From the NCBI GenBank assembly GCA_002405475.1, contig DHLX01000023.1, positions 41,221 through 105,220 on the forward strand: 64,000 nucleotides of DNA. The letters are read 5' to 3'. This document shows, one piece after another, positions 8,531 through 18,726 of the stretch (position 1 is the first letter of the stretch; the number at the start of each line of letters is the position of its first letter). Source of the DNA: Burkholderiales bacterium UBA4657 (GTDB taxonomy: Bacteria; Pseudomonadota; Gammaproteobacteria; Burkholderiales; Burkholderiaceae_E). Made by a program: the position numbers and the translations under genes. The notes below the pieces were generated by a model. That model had not been told where the DNA came from and searched no databases. It saw nothing but the letters and a program-made list of their open reading frames with translations.

Positions 8531-9934
8531 ATGTCAGCCGCCCCGAATGCGGCTGGAGTGCCAGTGCGCTCCAGTCCCCACGAGACCCTGGGTCTTAAAG
8601 AGGCTATCGCCATCATTGTTGGTATCGTTATAGGTGCCGGTATTTTCAAGGCGCCTTCGCTGGTGGCCAATTTTGCCGGTAGTGAAGTCTGGATGTTTGC
8701 TGTCTGGATAGCCGGCGGCATCATTTCCCTGATTGGCGCCCTTTGTTACGCCGAGTTGGCAACGGCCTACCCGAATGCTGGAGGCGACTACCATTTTTTG
8801 CGCCGTGCCTATGGTCGCAGTGTTTCTTTTTTGTTTGCCTGGGCACGCTTTTCGGTCATTACGACTGGCTCCATAGCCTTGCTGGGTTTTGTCTTTGGCG
8901 ACTATACGGCACAACTCCTGCCCTTGGGTACGGCCTATGATGCCGCGATTTATGCGGCGCTGGCAATTGCAGTGCTGACCTGGGTCAATGTACGTGGCAT
9001 ACGTGCCGGGGCTGCGACCCAGACCTGGCTCACGGTACTGGAAGTCAGCGGTCTGGTACTGATTATTTTCGCGGGTCTGTTTTTGGTCACCAATGGTAAT
9101 AGTGCGCCAGTAGCAGCGGCCGCTGCAACGACAACCAGCAGTACTACCGGTATTCCTCCCATGATCGGTTTGGCCATGGTATTCGTATTACTCACCTTTG
9201 GCGGCTGGAATGAAGCGGCTTACATTAGTGCCGAGCTGAAAGATGAGAAACGCAATATGGTCAAGGCACTGATCTGGTCAATCGTATTGATTACCGCCTT
9301 ATATCTGCTGGTGGTCTGGGCTTATTGGCATGGCCTGGGTTTACAGGGCATGGCCAAGTCCAAGGCTGTCGCAGCCGATCTGTTGAATGTGGCTTTCGGA
9401 CCAGTGGGTGAAAAACTGATGTCGGTCATGGTGGCGGTGGCTGCCCTGACCTCGATTAATGCCACCATGATCGTGGGAGCGCGTACCAATTACGCTTTGG
9501 GTCGCGACTGGCCGGTATTGGGACGTTTGGGCGAATGGGATGAGCGGCGCGAAGCTCCGATAGTGGCCGTTTATGTTCAAAGTGCCGCAGCTTTGGTCCT
9601 GGTACTCATCGGCGCTACGGCCACTCTGGGCGGTGGGTTCAAATCGATGGTTGAATTTACCGCCCCGGTATTCTGGTTATTCTTTTTGTTGTCGGGCATT
9701 TCCATTTTCATCCTGCGGCGTAAAGAACCGGATACGCCACGTCCGTTCAAGGTGCCTTTGTATCCACTGACGCCGCTCGTTTTCTGTTCGGTTTGTGTCT
9801 ATATGCTTTGGTCCAGCCTGAACTATGTTTATAACAACGAATTGGGTGGGCTGAATGCGGCCTGGATCGGGGTGCTGGTGCTGGCGCTTGGGGGGCTGGT
9901 TTTACTGTTGCTACCGAAGCGTCCGGCAGTTTAG
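8531..9934 (+). CDS. APC-family amino acid permease
   Basis: About 12 hydrophobic segments. N-terminal GIVIGAGIFKAP and YAELATAYPNAGGDYHF motifs are typical of APC transporters. Confidence 0.8.
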   Translation: MSAAPNAAGVPVRSSPHETLGLKEAIAIIVGIVIGAGIFKAPSLVANFAGSEVWMFAVWIAGGIISLIGALCYAELATAYPNAGGDYHFLRRAYGRSVSFLFAWARFSVITTGSIALLGFVFGDYTAQLLPLGTAYDAAIYAALAIAVLTWVNVRGIRAGAATQTWLTVLEVSGLVLIIFAGLFLVTNGNSAPVAAAAATTTSSTTGIPPMIGLAMVFVLLTFGGWNEAAYISAELKDEKRNMVKALIWSIVLITALYLLVVWAYWHGLGLQGMAKSKAVAADLLNVAFGPVGEKLMSVMVAVAALTSINATMIVGARTNYALGRDWPVLGRLGEWDERREAPIVAVYVQSAAALVLVLIGATATLGGGFKSMVEFTAPVFWLFFLLSGISIFILRRKEPDTPRPFKVPLYPLTPLVFCSVCVYMLWSSLNYVYNNELGGLNAAWIGVLVLALGGLVLLLLPKRPAV

Positions 9935-10749
9935 GACAGGCTCTCGACAAATGCCTGAGACAGGAGCCTTTGCGCCAGGCGCTGCAAAGGCTCCAGGGTT
10001 CCGCTCGTCACCAGCCGGATAGTGGGCGCGTTCAGGTGGTACACACGCAAACTGCTTTCGTTCCGTAACCGGCGCTCAAGCTGGCGTGCTATCGCGGGTG
10101 CGGTGTCGATGATTTGTACGGTAGGCGCAGCGGCTTGAATCAGGCTTTGTAAAAACGGGTAATGGGTACAACCCAGCACCAGGGTATCAGGGGCTGGCGC
10201 AGTAGCCGGATCAAGCAAGGGCTGTAAAGCCTGCGCGACCAGCGCTTCTACTTTGTCACCCTCTAGTTCTCCGCGCTCGACACATTCGACCCAGCCCGTG
10301 CCTGGTGCGGTCAGAAAGCGGGTGTTCGGGGACAGCGCTTGTACCTGTTGCATGAGTCGTGCGAAACGTTCGCTGCTCAAAGTACTGGGCGTGGCCAGTA
10401 CACCAATGACATGATTGCGTGAGACTTCCAGTGCCGGTTTCAAGCCTGGTTCGACCCCGACGATGGGCAGAGTCGGATAGCGTTCGCGCAAGGTACGTGC
10501 CGCCACTGCGGTGGCAGTATTGCAGGCAACGACAATGGCCTTGACGCCTTGGCTTTGCAGCCACGCGCCAATCCATACACTGCGTTCGCGAATATACTCA
10601 TCTGACTTGTCGCCATAGGGCGCATAACCCGAATCGGCCAGGTAGAGCAGATTTTCGTGCGGTAGCTGCGCCTGTACCGCGCGCAACACCGACAAGCCAC
10701 CCAGGCCGGAATCAAAGACCCCAATGGGGGCATTATCGGAGGAAGGCAT
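9931..10749 (-). CDS. murI: glutamate racemase
   Basis: PIGVFDSGLGGLSVL, VVACNTA and LGCTHYP motifs. I chose the ATG at 10749; the track ORF begins at an upstream TTG at 10758. Confidence 0.9.
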   Translation of the reverse strand: MPSSDNAPIGVFDSGLGGLSVLRAVQAQLPHENLLYLADSGYAPYGDKSDEYIRERSVWIGAWLQSQGVKAIVVACNTATAVAARTLRERYPTLPIVGVEPGLKPALEVSRNHVIGVLATPSTLSSERFARLMQQVQALSPNTRFLTAPGTGWVECVERGELEGDKVEALVAQALQPLLDPATAPAPDTLVLGCTHYPFLQSLIQAAAPTVQIIDTAPAIARQLERRLRNESSLRVYHLNAPTIRLVTSGTLEPLQRLAQRLLSQAFVESLS

Positions 10750-10767
10750 CAGACCCAACGGCTTTCT

Positions 10768-12282
10768 TTAAACCGTCGCTGCCAATTTTTCTATTTTTAT
10801 TTTCCATTCCTTCGGCCCGGCCTCATGCACGCTGGTGCCCTGGGCATCCACCGCCACGGTCACTGGCATGTCCCTGACTTCAAATTCATAAATGGCTTCC
10901 ATACCCAGGTCTTCAAAAGCGACAACTTTGGCACTGCGTATGGCCTTGCTGACCAGGTAAGCAGCCCCGCCGACTGCCATCAAGTAGGCGCGCTGGTGGC
11001 GTTTGATCGACTCTATGGCCTGCGGTCCGCGCTCGCTTTTGCCGATCATGGCCAGCAACCCGGTACCGAGCATGGCATCGGTAAATTTGTCCATGCGCGT
11101 CGCAGTGGTAGGCCCGGCTGGCCCCACCACTTCATCGCGTACCGGATCGACCGGGCCGACGTAATAAATGACACGGCCAGCAAAATCGACCGGCAGCTTT
11201 TCTCCCTTGGCTAGCATGTCGGCAATGCGTTTGTGGGCGGCGTCCCGTCCGGTCAGCATTTTTCCATTCAGCAACAAGGTTTGCCCTGGTTTCCATGCCG
11301 CCACCTGCGCTGCGGTCAGGGTGTCGAGGTTCACACGTTGCGAGGTCTCGGTATTGGCGGTCCAGGTCACTTTCGGCCAGTCGTCAAGCGATGGGGGCTC
11401 GAGTTGTGCCGGACCGGAGCCATCAAGCACAAAATGGGCATGGCGTGTCGCAGCACAATTGGGAATCATGGCCACTGGCAGGTTGGCAGCATGGGTCGGG
11501 TAGTCGAGAATTTTGACATCCAGCACGGTCGTCAGACCACCCAGACCTTGTGCGCCGATACCCAGGGCATTCACCTTGCGGTACAGCTCGATGCGTAATT
11601 CTTCCAGCTTGTTGCTGGGCCCACGTGCGATCAGTTCGGCCATATCTATCGGAGCCATGAGCGACTCTTTAGCCAATAACATGGCTTTTTCTGGCGTACC
11701 TCCTATGCCTATCCCGAGCATCCCGGGCGGGCACCATCCTGCCCCCATGCTGGGAACCGTTTTCACCACCCAGTCAACCACCGAATCGCTGGGGTTGAGC
11801 ATGGCAAACTTGGCCTTGGCCTCCGAGCCACCGCCCTTGGCAGCAACGATGACTTCGACTTCATCACCCGACACCATTTCGTAGTGAATGACAGCAGGGG
11901 TATTATCTTTGGTATTTTTTCGACCAAAAGCCGGGTCGGTCAGCACCGAGGCACGCAACAGATTGTCCTTGAAGTTGTAAGCCCGTCTGACACCTTCATT
12001 GACCATATCACCGATGCTCATATTGCCGTTCCAGCGCACGTGCATACCAATTTTCAGAAAAACGGTAGCAATACCCGTGTCCTGGCAGATCGGGCGTTTA
12101 CCCTCGGCGCTCATACGCGAATTGGTCAGGATCTGAGCGATCGCATCACGCGCTGCCGGACTTTGCTCACGTTCGTAAGCCGCTCCAAGCGCACGAATAT
12201 AGTCGAGGGGATGATAGTAGCTGATGAACTGAAACGCATCGGCGATGGACTGAATAAAATCATCTTGCTGAATAGTGGTCAT
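10768..12282 (-). CDS. class I (Fe-S) fumarate hydratase, fused alpha/beta type
   Basis: About 504 aa starting at MTTIQQDDF. CQDTGIA, GGGSE, IPNCAATRHAHF and C-terminal GPTTATRMD motifs. The start at 12282 avoids overlap with the upstream gene. Confidence 0.9.
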   Translation of the reverse strand: MTTIQQDDFIQSIADAFQFISYYHPLDYIRALGAAYEREQSPAARDAIAQILTNSRMSAEGKRPICQDTGIATVFLKIGMHVRWNGNMSIGDMVNEGVRRAYNFKDNLLRASVLTDPAFGRKNTKDNTPAVIHYEMVSGDEVEVIVAAKGGGSEAKAKFAMLNPSDSVVDWVVKTVPSMGAGWCPPGMLGIGIGGTPEKAMLLAKESLMAPIDMAELIARGPSNKLEELRIELYRKVNALGIGAQGLGGLTTVLDVKILDYPTHAANLPVAMIPNCAATRHAHFVLDGSGPAQLEPPSLDDWPKVTWTANTETSQRVNLDTLTAAQVAAWKPGQTLLLNGKMLTGRDAAHKRIADMLAKGEKLPVDFAGRVIYYVGPVDPVRDEVVGPAGPTTATRMDKFTDAMLGTGLLAMIGKSERGPQAIESIKRHQRAYLMAVGGAAYLVSKAIRSAKVVAFEDLGMEAIYEFEVRDMPVTVAVDAQGTSVHEAGPKEWKIKIEKLAATV

Positions 12283-12298
12283 GGTGCGCTCGCAGAAT

Positions 12299-12901
12299 TT
12301 ATTGGGGTTTGAAGTTATGGCTGATGATTCTATCGGCATAGGCAATCGCCAATGCCGAGAATAAAAACGCAATATGAATCAGAGTTTGCCAGATTAACAC
12401 CTTGGTGTCGTAGTTGGCAGCATTGATAAAGGTCTTGAGCAGGTGGATGGAGGAGATGCCAATAATGGCGGTTGCCAGTTTTACTTTTAGAACCGAGGCA
12501 TTGACATGGGACAGCCATTCGGGCTGGTCTGGGTGCCCTTCTATATTCAGGCGCGATACAAAAGTTTCATAGCCGCCAATAATGACCATGATCAGCAGGT
12601 TCGAGATCATGACGACATCAATCAGCCCCAGCACCACCAGCATGATCAGGGTTTCATTCAGGCGTATTTGCAAGGCGCCACTAACGGCCTGGGCACATAG
12701 TTCTGCAGATGAAGTATTGCAATATAAAGCGATGATGTCAGACTGGCTGCCCATGGCGCCCTTGATCAGGTGCACCAGTTCTATCCAGAAATGAAAAACA
12801 TAGACGCATTGCGCCAAAATCAGCCCGATATACAAGGGCAGTTGCAGCCAGCGGCTCGCAAAAATCAGGCGTGGCAAAGGGGGAAGCGCTTTATTAGACA
12901 T
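12299..12901 (-). CDS. yqhA: YqhA/UPF0114 family inner-membrane protein
   Basis: ASRWLQLPLYIGL..., GGYETFVSRL and AIIGISSIHLLKTF align by eye with E. coli YqhA. Confidence 0.8.
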   Translation of the reverse strand: MSNKALPPLPRLIFASRWLQLPLYIGLILAQCVYVFHFWIELVHLIKGAMGSQSDIIALYCNTSSAELCAQAVSGALQIRLNETLIMLVVLGLIDVVMISNLLIMVIIGGYETFVSRLNIEGHPDQPEWLSHVNASVLKVKLATAIIGISSIHLLKTFINAANYDTKVLIWQTLIHIAFLFSALAIAYADRIISHNFKPQ

Positions 12902-13071
12902 GAATGATGCACCGCAATAGTTGGTAAAAGTCCTATTTTATATTGGTTGCGCCGCAGCAATTTGCACTGAGTACTTGTCTTATGACTAATAGCGACGCAA
13001 ACTACGTACGCGTGAAAAAAATAAAACGGTGCGATAACACGCCATGTGTGATTACAAACAGGAAGACAACT

Positions 13072-15039
13072 ATGGCATCGATAGAATCAGTACTGCAAGA
13101 AAACCGTTTATTTGCTCCTTCACAAGATCTGGTCAGTCAGGCTCGAATTTCCGGCATGGCGCAATACCAGGCCTTATGCGCAGAAGCGGAACGCGATTTT
13201 GAAGGTTTCTGGGCGCGGCTGGCGCGTGAGCATGTGGTGTGGAAGAAACCGTTTACCCAAACCCTCAATCAGACCACCCCACCTTTTTTCAAATGGTTTG
13301 AAGACGGTGTGCTCAATGTTTCGTACAACTGTCTGGACAAACATCTGAGCAACGGCAATGCTGACAAGGTGGCAATCATTTTCGAGGCCGATGATGGTAA
13401 GGTCAGCCAGCATACTTATCGTGATTTGTATCAACGCGTTTGCCAAATGGCCAATGCCATCAAGTCGCTAGGTTATAAAAAGGGTGAGCGCGCCATCATT
13501 TACATGCCCATGTCGGTTGAGGCCGTGGTGGCGATGCAAGCGTGCGCACGACTGGGTCTGATACATTCCGTCGTATTCGGGGGCTTCTCGGCCAAGAGCG
13601 TACAAGAGCGTATTGTCGATGCTGGTGCGACCCTGGTCATTACGGCAGACGAACAGGTGCGAGGCGGTAAGACCATTGCGCTCAAGCCGGCGGTGGATGA
13701 AGCCTTTTCTTTGGGTGGCTGCGAAGCGGTGCGTAAAGTCATTGTTTATCAACGTACTGGCGGCAAGGTGTCGTGGACCGAGGGGCGTGATGTCTGGTGG
13801 CATGAGGTATTGAAAGCACAGCCTATGGAATGCGAGCCCGAATGGGTCGAGGCTGAACACCCCCTGTTCATTTTGTATACCTCCGGTTCCACCGGTAAAC
13901 CCAAGGGCGTACAGCACAGTTCGGGCGGCTATATTTTATGGGCCAACCTGACCATGCAATGGACCTTTGACCTGAAGCCGAATGACATTTTCTGGTGTAC
14001 CGCCGACGTCGGCTGGGTCACCGGCCATACCTATATTGCTTATGGACCGCTGGCTGCAGGTGCGACCCAGATTGTATTTGAAGGCGTACCTACCTACCCG
14101 GATGCAGGACGATTCTGGCGCATGATTCAGGATCACAAGGCTACTATTTTTTATACTGCCCCGACCGCCATTCGTTCGCTGATCAAAGCTGGGGGAGATC
14201 TTCCGAAGCAATATGACCTGAGCAGTTTGCGTTTACTGGGTTCTGTCGGCGAACCGATTAACCCCGAAGCCTGGGTCTGGTATCACACCACAGTCGGCGG
14301 TTCGCGCTGCCCGATAGTGGATACCTGGTGGCAAACCGAAACCGGTGGTCAGATGATTACCCCGCTACCGGGCGTACACGCCCTGAAACCGGGTTCCTGC
14401 ACCATGCCCTTACCTGGAATTGCCGCCGCCATTGTCGATGAAACTGGCGCCGATGTTGAAAAAGGCAAGGGCGGCTTTCTGGTCATCAAAAAACCCTGGC
14501 CGTCAATGATACGCACCATTTGGGGTGACCCGGAGCGTTTCAAGAAGAGCTATTACCCGGCAGATTTTCAGGGCAGGTATTACCTGGCCGGAGATGGTGC
14601 CAACGTCGATCTCGATGGCTATTTCTGGATCATGGGACGTATTGACGATGTACTCAATGTTTCAGGACATCGGCTGGGTACCATGGAAATTGAGTCGGCA
14701 CTGGTCGCCAATCCGAAAGTGGCTGAGGCCGCGGTGGTGGGCAAGCCTGACGATACAACCGGCGAGGCGGTTTGCGCTTTTGTGGTGCTGAAGCAGGCAC
14801 GTCCTACCGGGGCCGAGGCGCAGGCACTGGCGAAAGAGCTGCGCGACTGGGTAGCCAAGGAAATCGGTCCGATTGCCAAACCCAAAGACATTCGTTTTGG
14901 AGACAATTTGCCCAAGACCCGTTCAGGAAAAATCATGCGCCGACTGCTGCGCGTGATTGCCAAGGGTGAAACCATTACACAGGACGTGACAACACTGGAA
15001 AACCCGGCTATTCTTGAGCAATTAAAAGAAAGTCAGTAA
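13072..15039 (+). CDS. acs: acetyl-CoA synthetase
   Basis: [14 protein letters not shown] start preceded by [24 protein letters not shown] and [11 protein letters not shown] motifs. The upstream in-frame extension from 12943 looks non-coding. Confidence 0.95.
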   Translation: MASIESVLQENRLFAPSQDLVSQARISGMAQYQALCAEAERDFEGFWARLAREHVVWKKPFTQTLNQTTPPFFKWFEDGVLNVSYNCLDKHLSNGNADKVAIIFEADDGKVSQHTYRDLYQRVCQMANAIKSLGYKKGERAIIYMPMSVEAVVAMQACARLGLIHSVVFGGFSAKSVQERIVDAGATLVITADEQVRGGKTIALKPAVDEAFSLGGCEAVRKVIVYQRTGGKVSWTEGRDVWWHEVLKAQPMECEPEWVEAEHPLFILYTSGSTGKPKGVQHSSGGYILWANLTMQWTFDLKPNDIFWCTADVGWVTGHTYIAYGPLAAGATQIVFEGVPTYPDAGRFWRMIQDHKATIFYTAPTAIRSLIKAGGDLPKQYDLSSLRLLGSVGEPINPEAWVWYHTTVGGSRCPIVDTWWQTETGGQMITPLPGVHALKPGSCTMPLPGIAAAIVDETGADVEKGKGGFLVIKKPWPSMIRTIWGDPERFKKSYYPADFQGRYYLAGDGANVDLDGYFWIMGRIDDVLNVSGHRLGTMEIESALVANPKVAEAAVVGKPDDTTGEAVCAFVVLKQARPTGAEAQALAKELRDWVAKEIGPIAKPKDIRFGDNLPKTRSGKIMRRLLRVIAKGETITQDVTTLENPAILEQLKESQ

Positions 15040-15101
15040 TACGTAAATGGCACGATCATGAGGTCGCGCCACCGTTACTAGCTAAAACGTGGGGGCAAAG
15101 A

Positions 15102-15404
15102 GTGACGTTGTTAGTGGTCATCTTGAAAACGCTGGCTGAAATTTCCCTGATGCTGTTGCTTGGGCAGTTTATTCTGGCGTTATTGGCGGGTAGTCGCAGA
15201 CAAGACAACGCAGTCTATCGCCTGTTTGAGATTGCCACCAGTCCAGTGGTCAAGGCCACGCGCGTCATCACGCCCAGAATTGTATTAGACCGGCACGTGC
15301 CTCTGGTTAGCTTTTTCCTGCTGATTATTCTCTGGTGCGCATTGACGGTGACCAAAATTTATCTGGTGCGAATAGCACCCATGACAGCGGCTACCGGGGG
15401 ATAA
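15102..15404 (+). CDS. small membrane protein, possibly YggT-like
   Basis: 100 aa, GTG start, two hydrophobic helices. TSPVVKATRVITPRIVLDRHVPLVSFF resembles the YggT core. Weak call. Confidence 0.4.
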   Translation: MTLLVVILKTLAEISLMLLLGQFILALLAGSRRQDNAVYRLFEIATSPVVKATRVITPRIVLDRHVPLVSFFLLIILWCALTVTKIYLVRIAPMTAATGG

Positions 15405-15409
15405 ACTGC

Positions 15410-16090
15410 ATGCGCAGCTTGAATAAATTATGGCTGCATTATCAGGCAAAAACTGCCTTGTTTTTCGGCAGGCAAGCGCGTGCCAGAGAACTGTATCAAG
15501 CGCTTGTGCAGCAGTTTCCAGCAGATATTCATGCTCGTATCTGCCTGGGTAATCTGGCAGCCAAGGCGGGCGACATGTCTCATGCCATGGCGCAATTTGA
15601 AGCGGTGGTCGCCATTCGACCCCAAGATGCCGATGCCTTGTTCAATCTTGGCTATTTGCATGAGCAGCTACAACAGTATGAAATGGCACAAGGCTATTTT
15701 GAACAGGCGATAGCAATCAATCCAAACCACGACCGTGCCTGGTACGGTCTGGGTCTGGCGCGCATACGCGCCGGGCAATTACAGTCAGCGATTGAAGCAC
15801 TCAAAGAAAATACCCGAATACAGCCCATGAGTCCTTATGGCTGGTATCAACTGGCAATGACCTATCACCATCTGGGTGAGTCGTCCGAGGCTGGCAAGAT
15901 ACTCAAGCACTTGAAAAATTTCGAGCCAAAGTTCGCGGCTCAACTCGAACGTGATTTGCGTGAGGTGTCCCCTCAGTCAAGCAGCGTCGCTGGCGATGGC
16001 GTTCATCGCACACAAGTAAAAGCCAAGGAGACTCAACCATGCAACTCACAGAAAGACACCACGAGTACTGGCGCAAGAATTTGCGCCTGA
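15410..16090 (+). CDS. TPR-repeat protein
   Basis: Repeated A..Y/F...A...P motifs (ALFNLGYLHEQLQQYEMAQGYFEQAIAINP, AWYGLGLARIRAGQ...). ATG at 15410 chosen. The 3' end overlaps the next gene by 52 nt. Confidence 0.65.
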   Translation: MRSLNKLWLHYQAKTALFFGRQARARELYQALVQQFPADIHARICLGNLAAKAGDMSHAMAQFEAVVAIRPQDADALFNLGYLHEQLQQYEMAQGYFEQAIAINPNHDRAWYGLGLARIRAGQLQSAIEALKENTRIQPMSPYGWYQLAMTYHHLGESSEAGKILKHLKNFEPKFAAQLERDLREVSPQSSSVAGDGVHRTQVKAKETQPCNSQKDTTSTGARICA

Positions 16091-16302
16091 CTTCGGTCTT
16101 GCTGGCAATCTGGTTTGTTGTCACGTTCGTCATGGCATTTTTTGCCCGCGAACTGGCCACAATCAATTTTTTCGGCTGGCCGTTTTCGTTTTATATGGCA
16201 GCACAGGGTTCGCTGATTGTTTATGTGGTCATCATCTGGTACTACGCCAGAGCCATGCGTAAACTGGACGAAGAATATGGCGTAGCCGAAGGAGATGAAT
16301 AA
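16039..16302 (+). CDS. DUF4212 small subunit of a solute:sodium symporter
   Basis: 87 aa, AAGGAG 7 nt upstream. EYWRKNLRLTSVLLAIWFVVTF is typical of DUF4212. It lies directly upstream of an SSS transporter with TAATG overlap. Confidence 0.8.
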   Translation: MQLTERHHEYWRKNLRLTSVLLAIWFVVTFVMAFFARELATINFFGWPFSFYMAAQGSLIVYVVIIWYYARAMRKLDEEYGVAEGDE

Positions 16303-18380
16303 TGAATACGGTCTCCTCTAATCGTGCTTTTTTTAACCAGCTTAAAAAATACTACCTCTGGTACACAGGTGGGTTTGCCACTTTTGTCATCATTCTGGCG
16401 ATACTCGAACAACTGGGGCTACCACGTGTCTGGATCGGCTACATCTTTCTGTTCGCTACGATAGCTTTGTATGCTGGTATCGGCATTATGAGCCGTACTG
16501 CTGATGTGGCGGAATACTACGTTGCCGGGCGACGGGTTCCAGCCTTGTTCAACGGCATGGCCACTGGGGCTGACTGGATGTCTGCAGCCTCGTTCATTGG
16601 TATGGCGGGTGGACTGTATTTGCAGGGTTTTGATGGGCTGGCTTTCATACTGGGCTGGACCGGCGGCTATTGCCTGGTGGCGTTTTTGCTTGCGCCTTAT
16701 TTGCGTAAATTCGGACAATTCACCATCCCCGACTTTTTGGGGGCACGTTATGGTGGCAATTTTGTACGTTTTCTGGGCGTAGTTGCCGCCATCATGTGTT
16801 CATTCGTGTATGTCGTGGCGCAGATTTATGGGGTCGGTATTATCACCTCACGCTTTACCGGGGTCGATTTCTCCATAGGGGTGTTCCTCGGTTTGGCCGG
16901 TATTCTGGTCTGCTCGTTCCTGGGTGGCATGCGTGCCGTGACCTGGACCCAGGTAGCACAGTACATCATCCTGATTGTTGCTTACCTGATCCCGGTGGTA
17001 TGGCTGTCTATCAAGCACACCAGTATTCCGGTGCCACAGGTAGTTTATGGTCAGATACTGCAAAAAGTGACCGAGCGCGAAAAAGTGTTCAATGACGCCA
17101 ATAGTGATCTGGGCAAGAAAGAGGCTGAGGTGCGCGCCGTTTTCAAACAGCGTGCTGATGCACTCGATGCCAGAATCAAGGCGCTGCCTCAATCGTGGGA
17201 ACAGGGCAAAGCCGATGCCGAGAAAAAACTGGCCGATTTACGCGCTGCCAATGCCGCGAGTACCGAAATAGCGGCGGCAGAAAAAGCCCTGAAAGACTAT
17301 CCTGCGTCGGCAGATGCAGCGAAAGCGGCCTGGACAACGCAACGAAATTCTTTGAATGCGCGCGCCGGTCCGGTACAACCCCATGGTACGCCGTTCCCGG
17401 CTAAAGATGAGAAGGCCAGTGATGTGAAGCGGCTCAATTTCATCACCCTGGTGCTATGCCTGATGATCGGTACGGCAGCCTTGCCGCATATATTGATGCG
17501 TTATTACACGACACCTTCAGTGCAAGAGGCGCGGCAATCGGTGTTCTGGTCCTTGTTCTGCATCTTCTTGCTGTATTTCAGCGCACCAGCGTTGGCGGTA
17601 TTGGTCAAGTTTGATATCTATCACTTCCTGGTTGGAACTCAATTTACCGATCTTCCGGCCTGGGCGGCAGCCTGGTCCAAGGTGGATCCGACGTTGTTGA
17701 GAATAGATGACATCAATAAAGATGGGATCGTACAGCTAGCTGAAATTACCCTGGGGCAGGACATTGTCGTCCTGGCAACGCCGGAAATTGCTGGTCTGCC
17801 TTACGTCATTTCGGGTCTGGTCGCGGCGGGTGGTTTGGCTGCCGCCTTGTCAACGGCCGATGGCCTGCTATTGACGATTGCCAATGCCCTATCGCACGAC
17901 GTGTACTACAAAATGATCGATCCGACTGCTTCGACACAGCGCCGCGTGACCATATCCAAGTTCCTGTTGCTGGGTGTAGCGATTGTTGCTGCCTACGTAA
18001 CGTCGTTGAAGCCTGGGGACATTTTATTCCTGGTGGGGGCGGCGTTTTCACTGGCAGCGTCGGCATTCTTCCCGGCGCTGGTTTTGGGTGTGTTCTGGAA
18101 ACGTGCGAATAAGCCCGGCGCTATAGCTGGTATGGTGGCGGGTCTGGGTATTTGCTGCTATTACATGGGTACGCGCTATCCGTTCTTCCAGAAAATGTTT
18201 GGTTTTAACCCAGCCGATTATCCGCTGTGGTTTGACATTCAGCCTATCTCGTCAGGTATTTTTGGGTTGAGCGTGGGTATCGTGGCATTAGTAGTAGTAA
18301 GCCTGTTAACCAAAGAGCCAGATCAGGAAACGCAAGAACTGGTGGAACATGTCCGTTACCCGAATCTGAAACAGGCCTAG
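16302..18380 (+). CDS. sodium:solute symporter family transporter (ActP / VC_2705-like large subunit)
   Basis: Many TM segments. YYVAGRRVP..NGMATGADWMSAASFIG signature. Paired with DUF4212 and close to acs. Confidence 0.85.
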   Translation: MNTVSSNRAFFNQLKKYYLWYTGGFATFVIILAILEQLGLPRVWIGYIFLFATIALYAGIGIMSRTADVAEYYVAGRRVPALFNGMATGADWMSAASFIGMAGGLYLQGFDGLAFILGWTGGYCLVAFLLAPYLRKFGQFTIPDFLGARYGGNFVRFLGVVAAIMCSFVYVVAQIYGVGIITSRFTGVDFSIGVFLGLAGILVCSFLGGMRAVTWTQVAQYIILIVAYLIPVVWLSIKHTSIPVPQVVYGQILQKVTEREKVFNDANSDLGKKEAEVRAVFKQRADALDARIKALPQSWEQGKADAEKKLADLRAANAASTEIAAAEKALKDYPASADAAKAAWTTQRNSLNARAGPVQPHGTPFPAKDEKASDVKRLNFITLVLCLMIGTAALPHILMRYYTTPSVQEARQSVFWSLFCIFLLYFSAPALAVLVKFDIYHFLVGTQFTDLPAWAAAWSKVDPTLLRIDDINKDGIVQLAEITLGQDIVVLATPEIAGLPYVISGLVAAGGLAAALSTADGLLLTIANALSHDVYYKMIDPTASTQRRVTISKFLLLGVAIVAAYVTSLKPGDILFLVGAAFSLAASAFFPALVLGVFWKRANKPGAIAGMVAGLGICCYYMGTRYPFFQKMFGFNPADYPLWFDIQPISSGIFGLSVGIVALVVVSLLTKEPDQETQELVEHVRYPNLKQA

Positions 18381-18426
18381 CTATTCTGGTTTGTTCATAA
18401 GGCACATTAAAGTGTCAAGGAGACAG

Positions 18427-18457
18427 CCCGGCTTTGGTGACAAAGCCGGGTTTTTTT
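18427..18457 (+). terminator. rho-independent terminator after the symporter gene
   Basis: CCCGGCTTTG-GTGA-CAAAGCCGGG stem-loop followed by TTTTTTT. Confidence 0.8.
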
Positions 18458-18492
18458 ATCCTGACAGAAAAAGGTATACTTTGCGCCTTTCA

Positions 18493-18583
18493 GGAGAGAT
18501 GGATGAGCGGTTTAAGTCGCACGCCTGGAAAGCGTGTGTAGGTTAATAGCCTACCGCGGGTTCGAATCCCGCTCTCTCCGCCA
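18493..18583 (+). tRNA. tRNA-Ser (anticodon GGA)
   Basis: Cloverleaf read by eye. Acceptor GGAGAGA/TCTCTCC; anticodon stem CACGC/GCGTG with loop CTGGAAA; long variable arm GTAGG..CCTAC; T arm GCGGG-TTCGAAT-CCCGC; encoded CCA. Confidence 0.9.
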
Positions 18584-18590
18584 ATAAAAC

Positions 18591-18612
18591 AGCCCACGTA
18601 GTGGGCTTTTTT
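18591..18612 (+). terminator. rho-independent terminator after tRNA-Ser
   Basis: AGCCCAC-GTA-GTGGGCT followed by TTTTT. Confidence 0.75.
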
Positions 18613-18726
18613 ATTGGGCAGGAAGGGTGGGGGAGGAGCCGCAACGCGCCGAAGGCCGAGTCTGCGAACAGCGTAGCGTTGTGAGCAGGCGAGCAATCCC
18701 GTCCGGGCTGCACCGTAGTAATTCTT

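Noticed and set aside
10825-12312. Series of plus-strand ORFs (129, 111, 121, 123 and 142 aa)
   Set aside because: They are antisense to the class I fumarate hydratase gene and show no protein-like motifs.
12943-13071. N-terminal extensions offered by the ORF track (acs from 12943; also fumarate hydratase to 12372, argF to 36689, DUF1579 gene to 19518, murI to 10758)
   Set aside because: Internal starts give family-typical N-termini and better SD spacing. They also remove overlaps with neighbouring genes.
18613-18726. Possible tRNA-like 3' fragment or att remnant (GCGAGCAATCCCGTCCGGGCTGCACC) downstream of tRNA-Ser
   Set aside because: It resembles a T-arm/acceptor only loosely. It does not match the tRNA-Ser 3' end, and I could not draw a convincing T stem. 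The evidence is insufficient.
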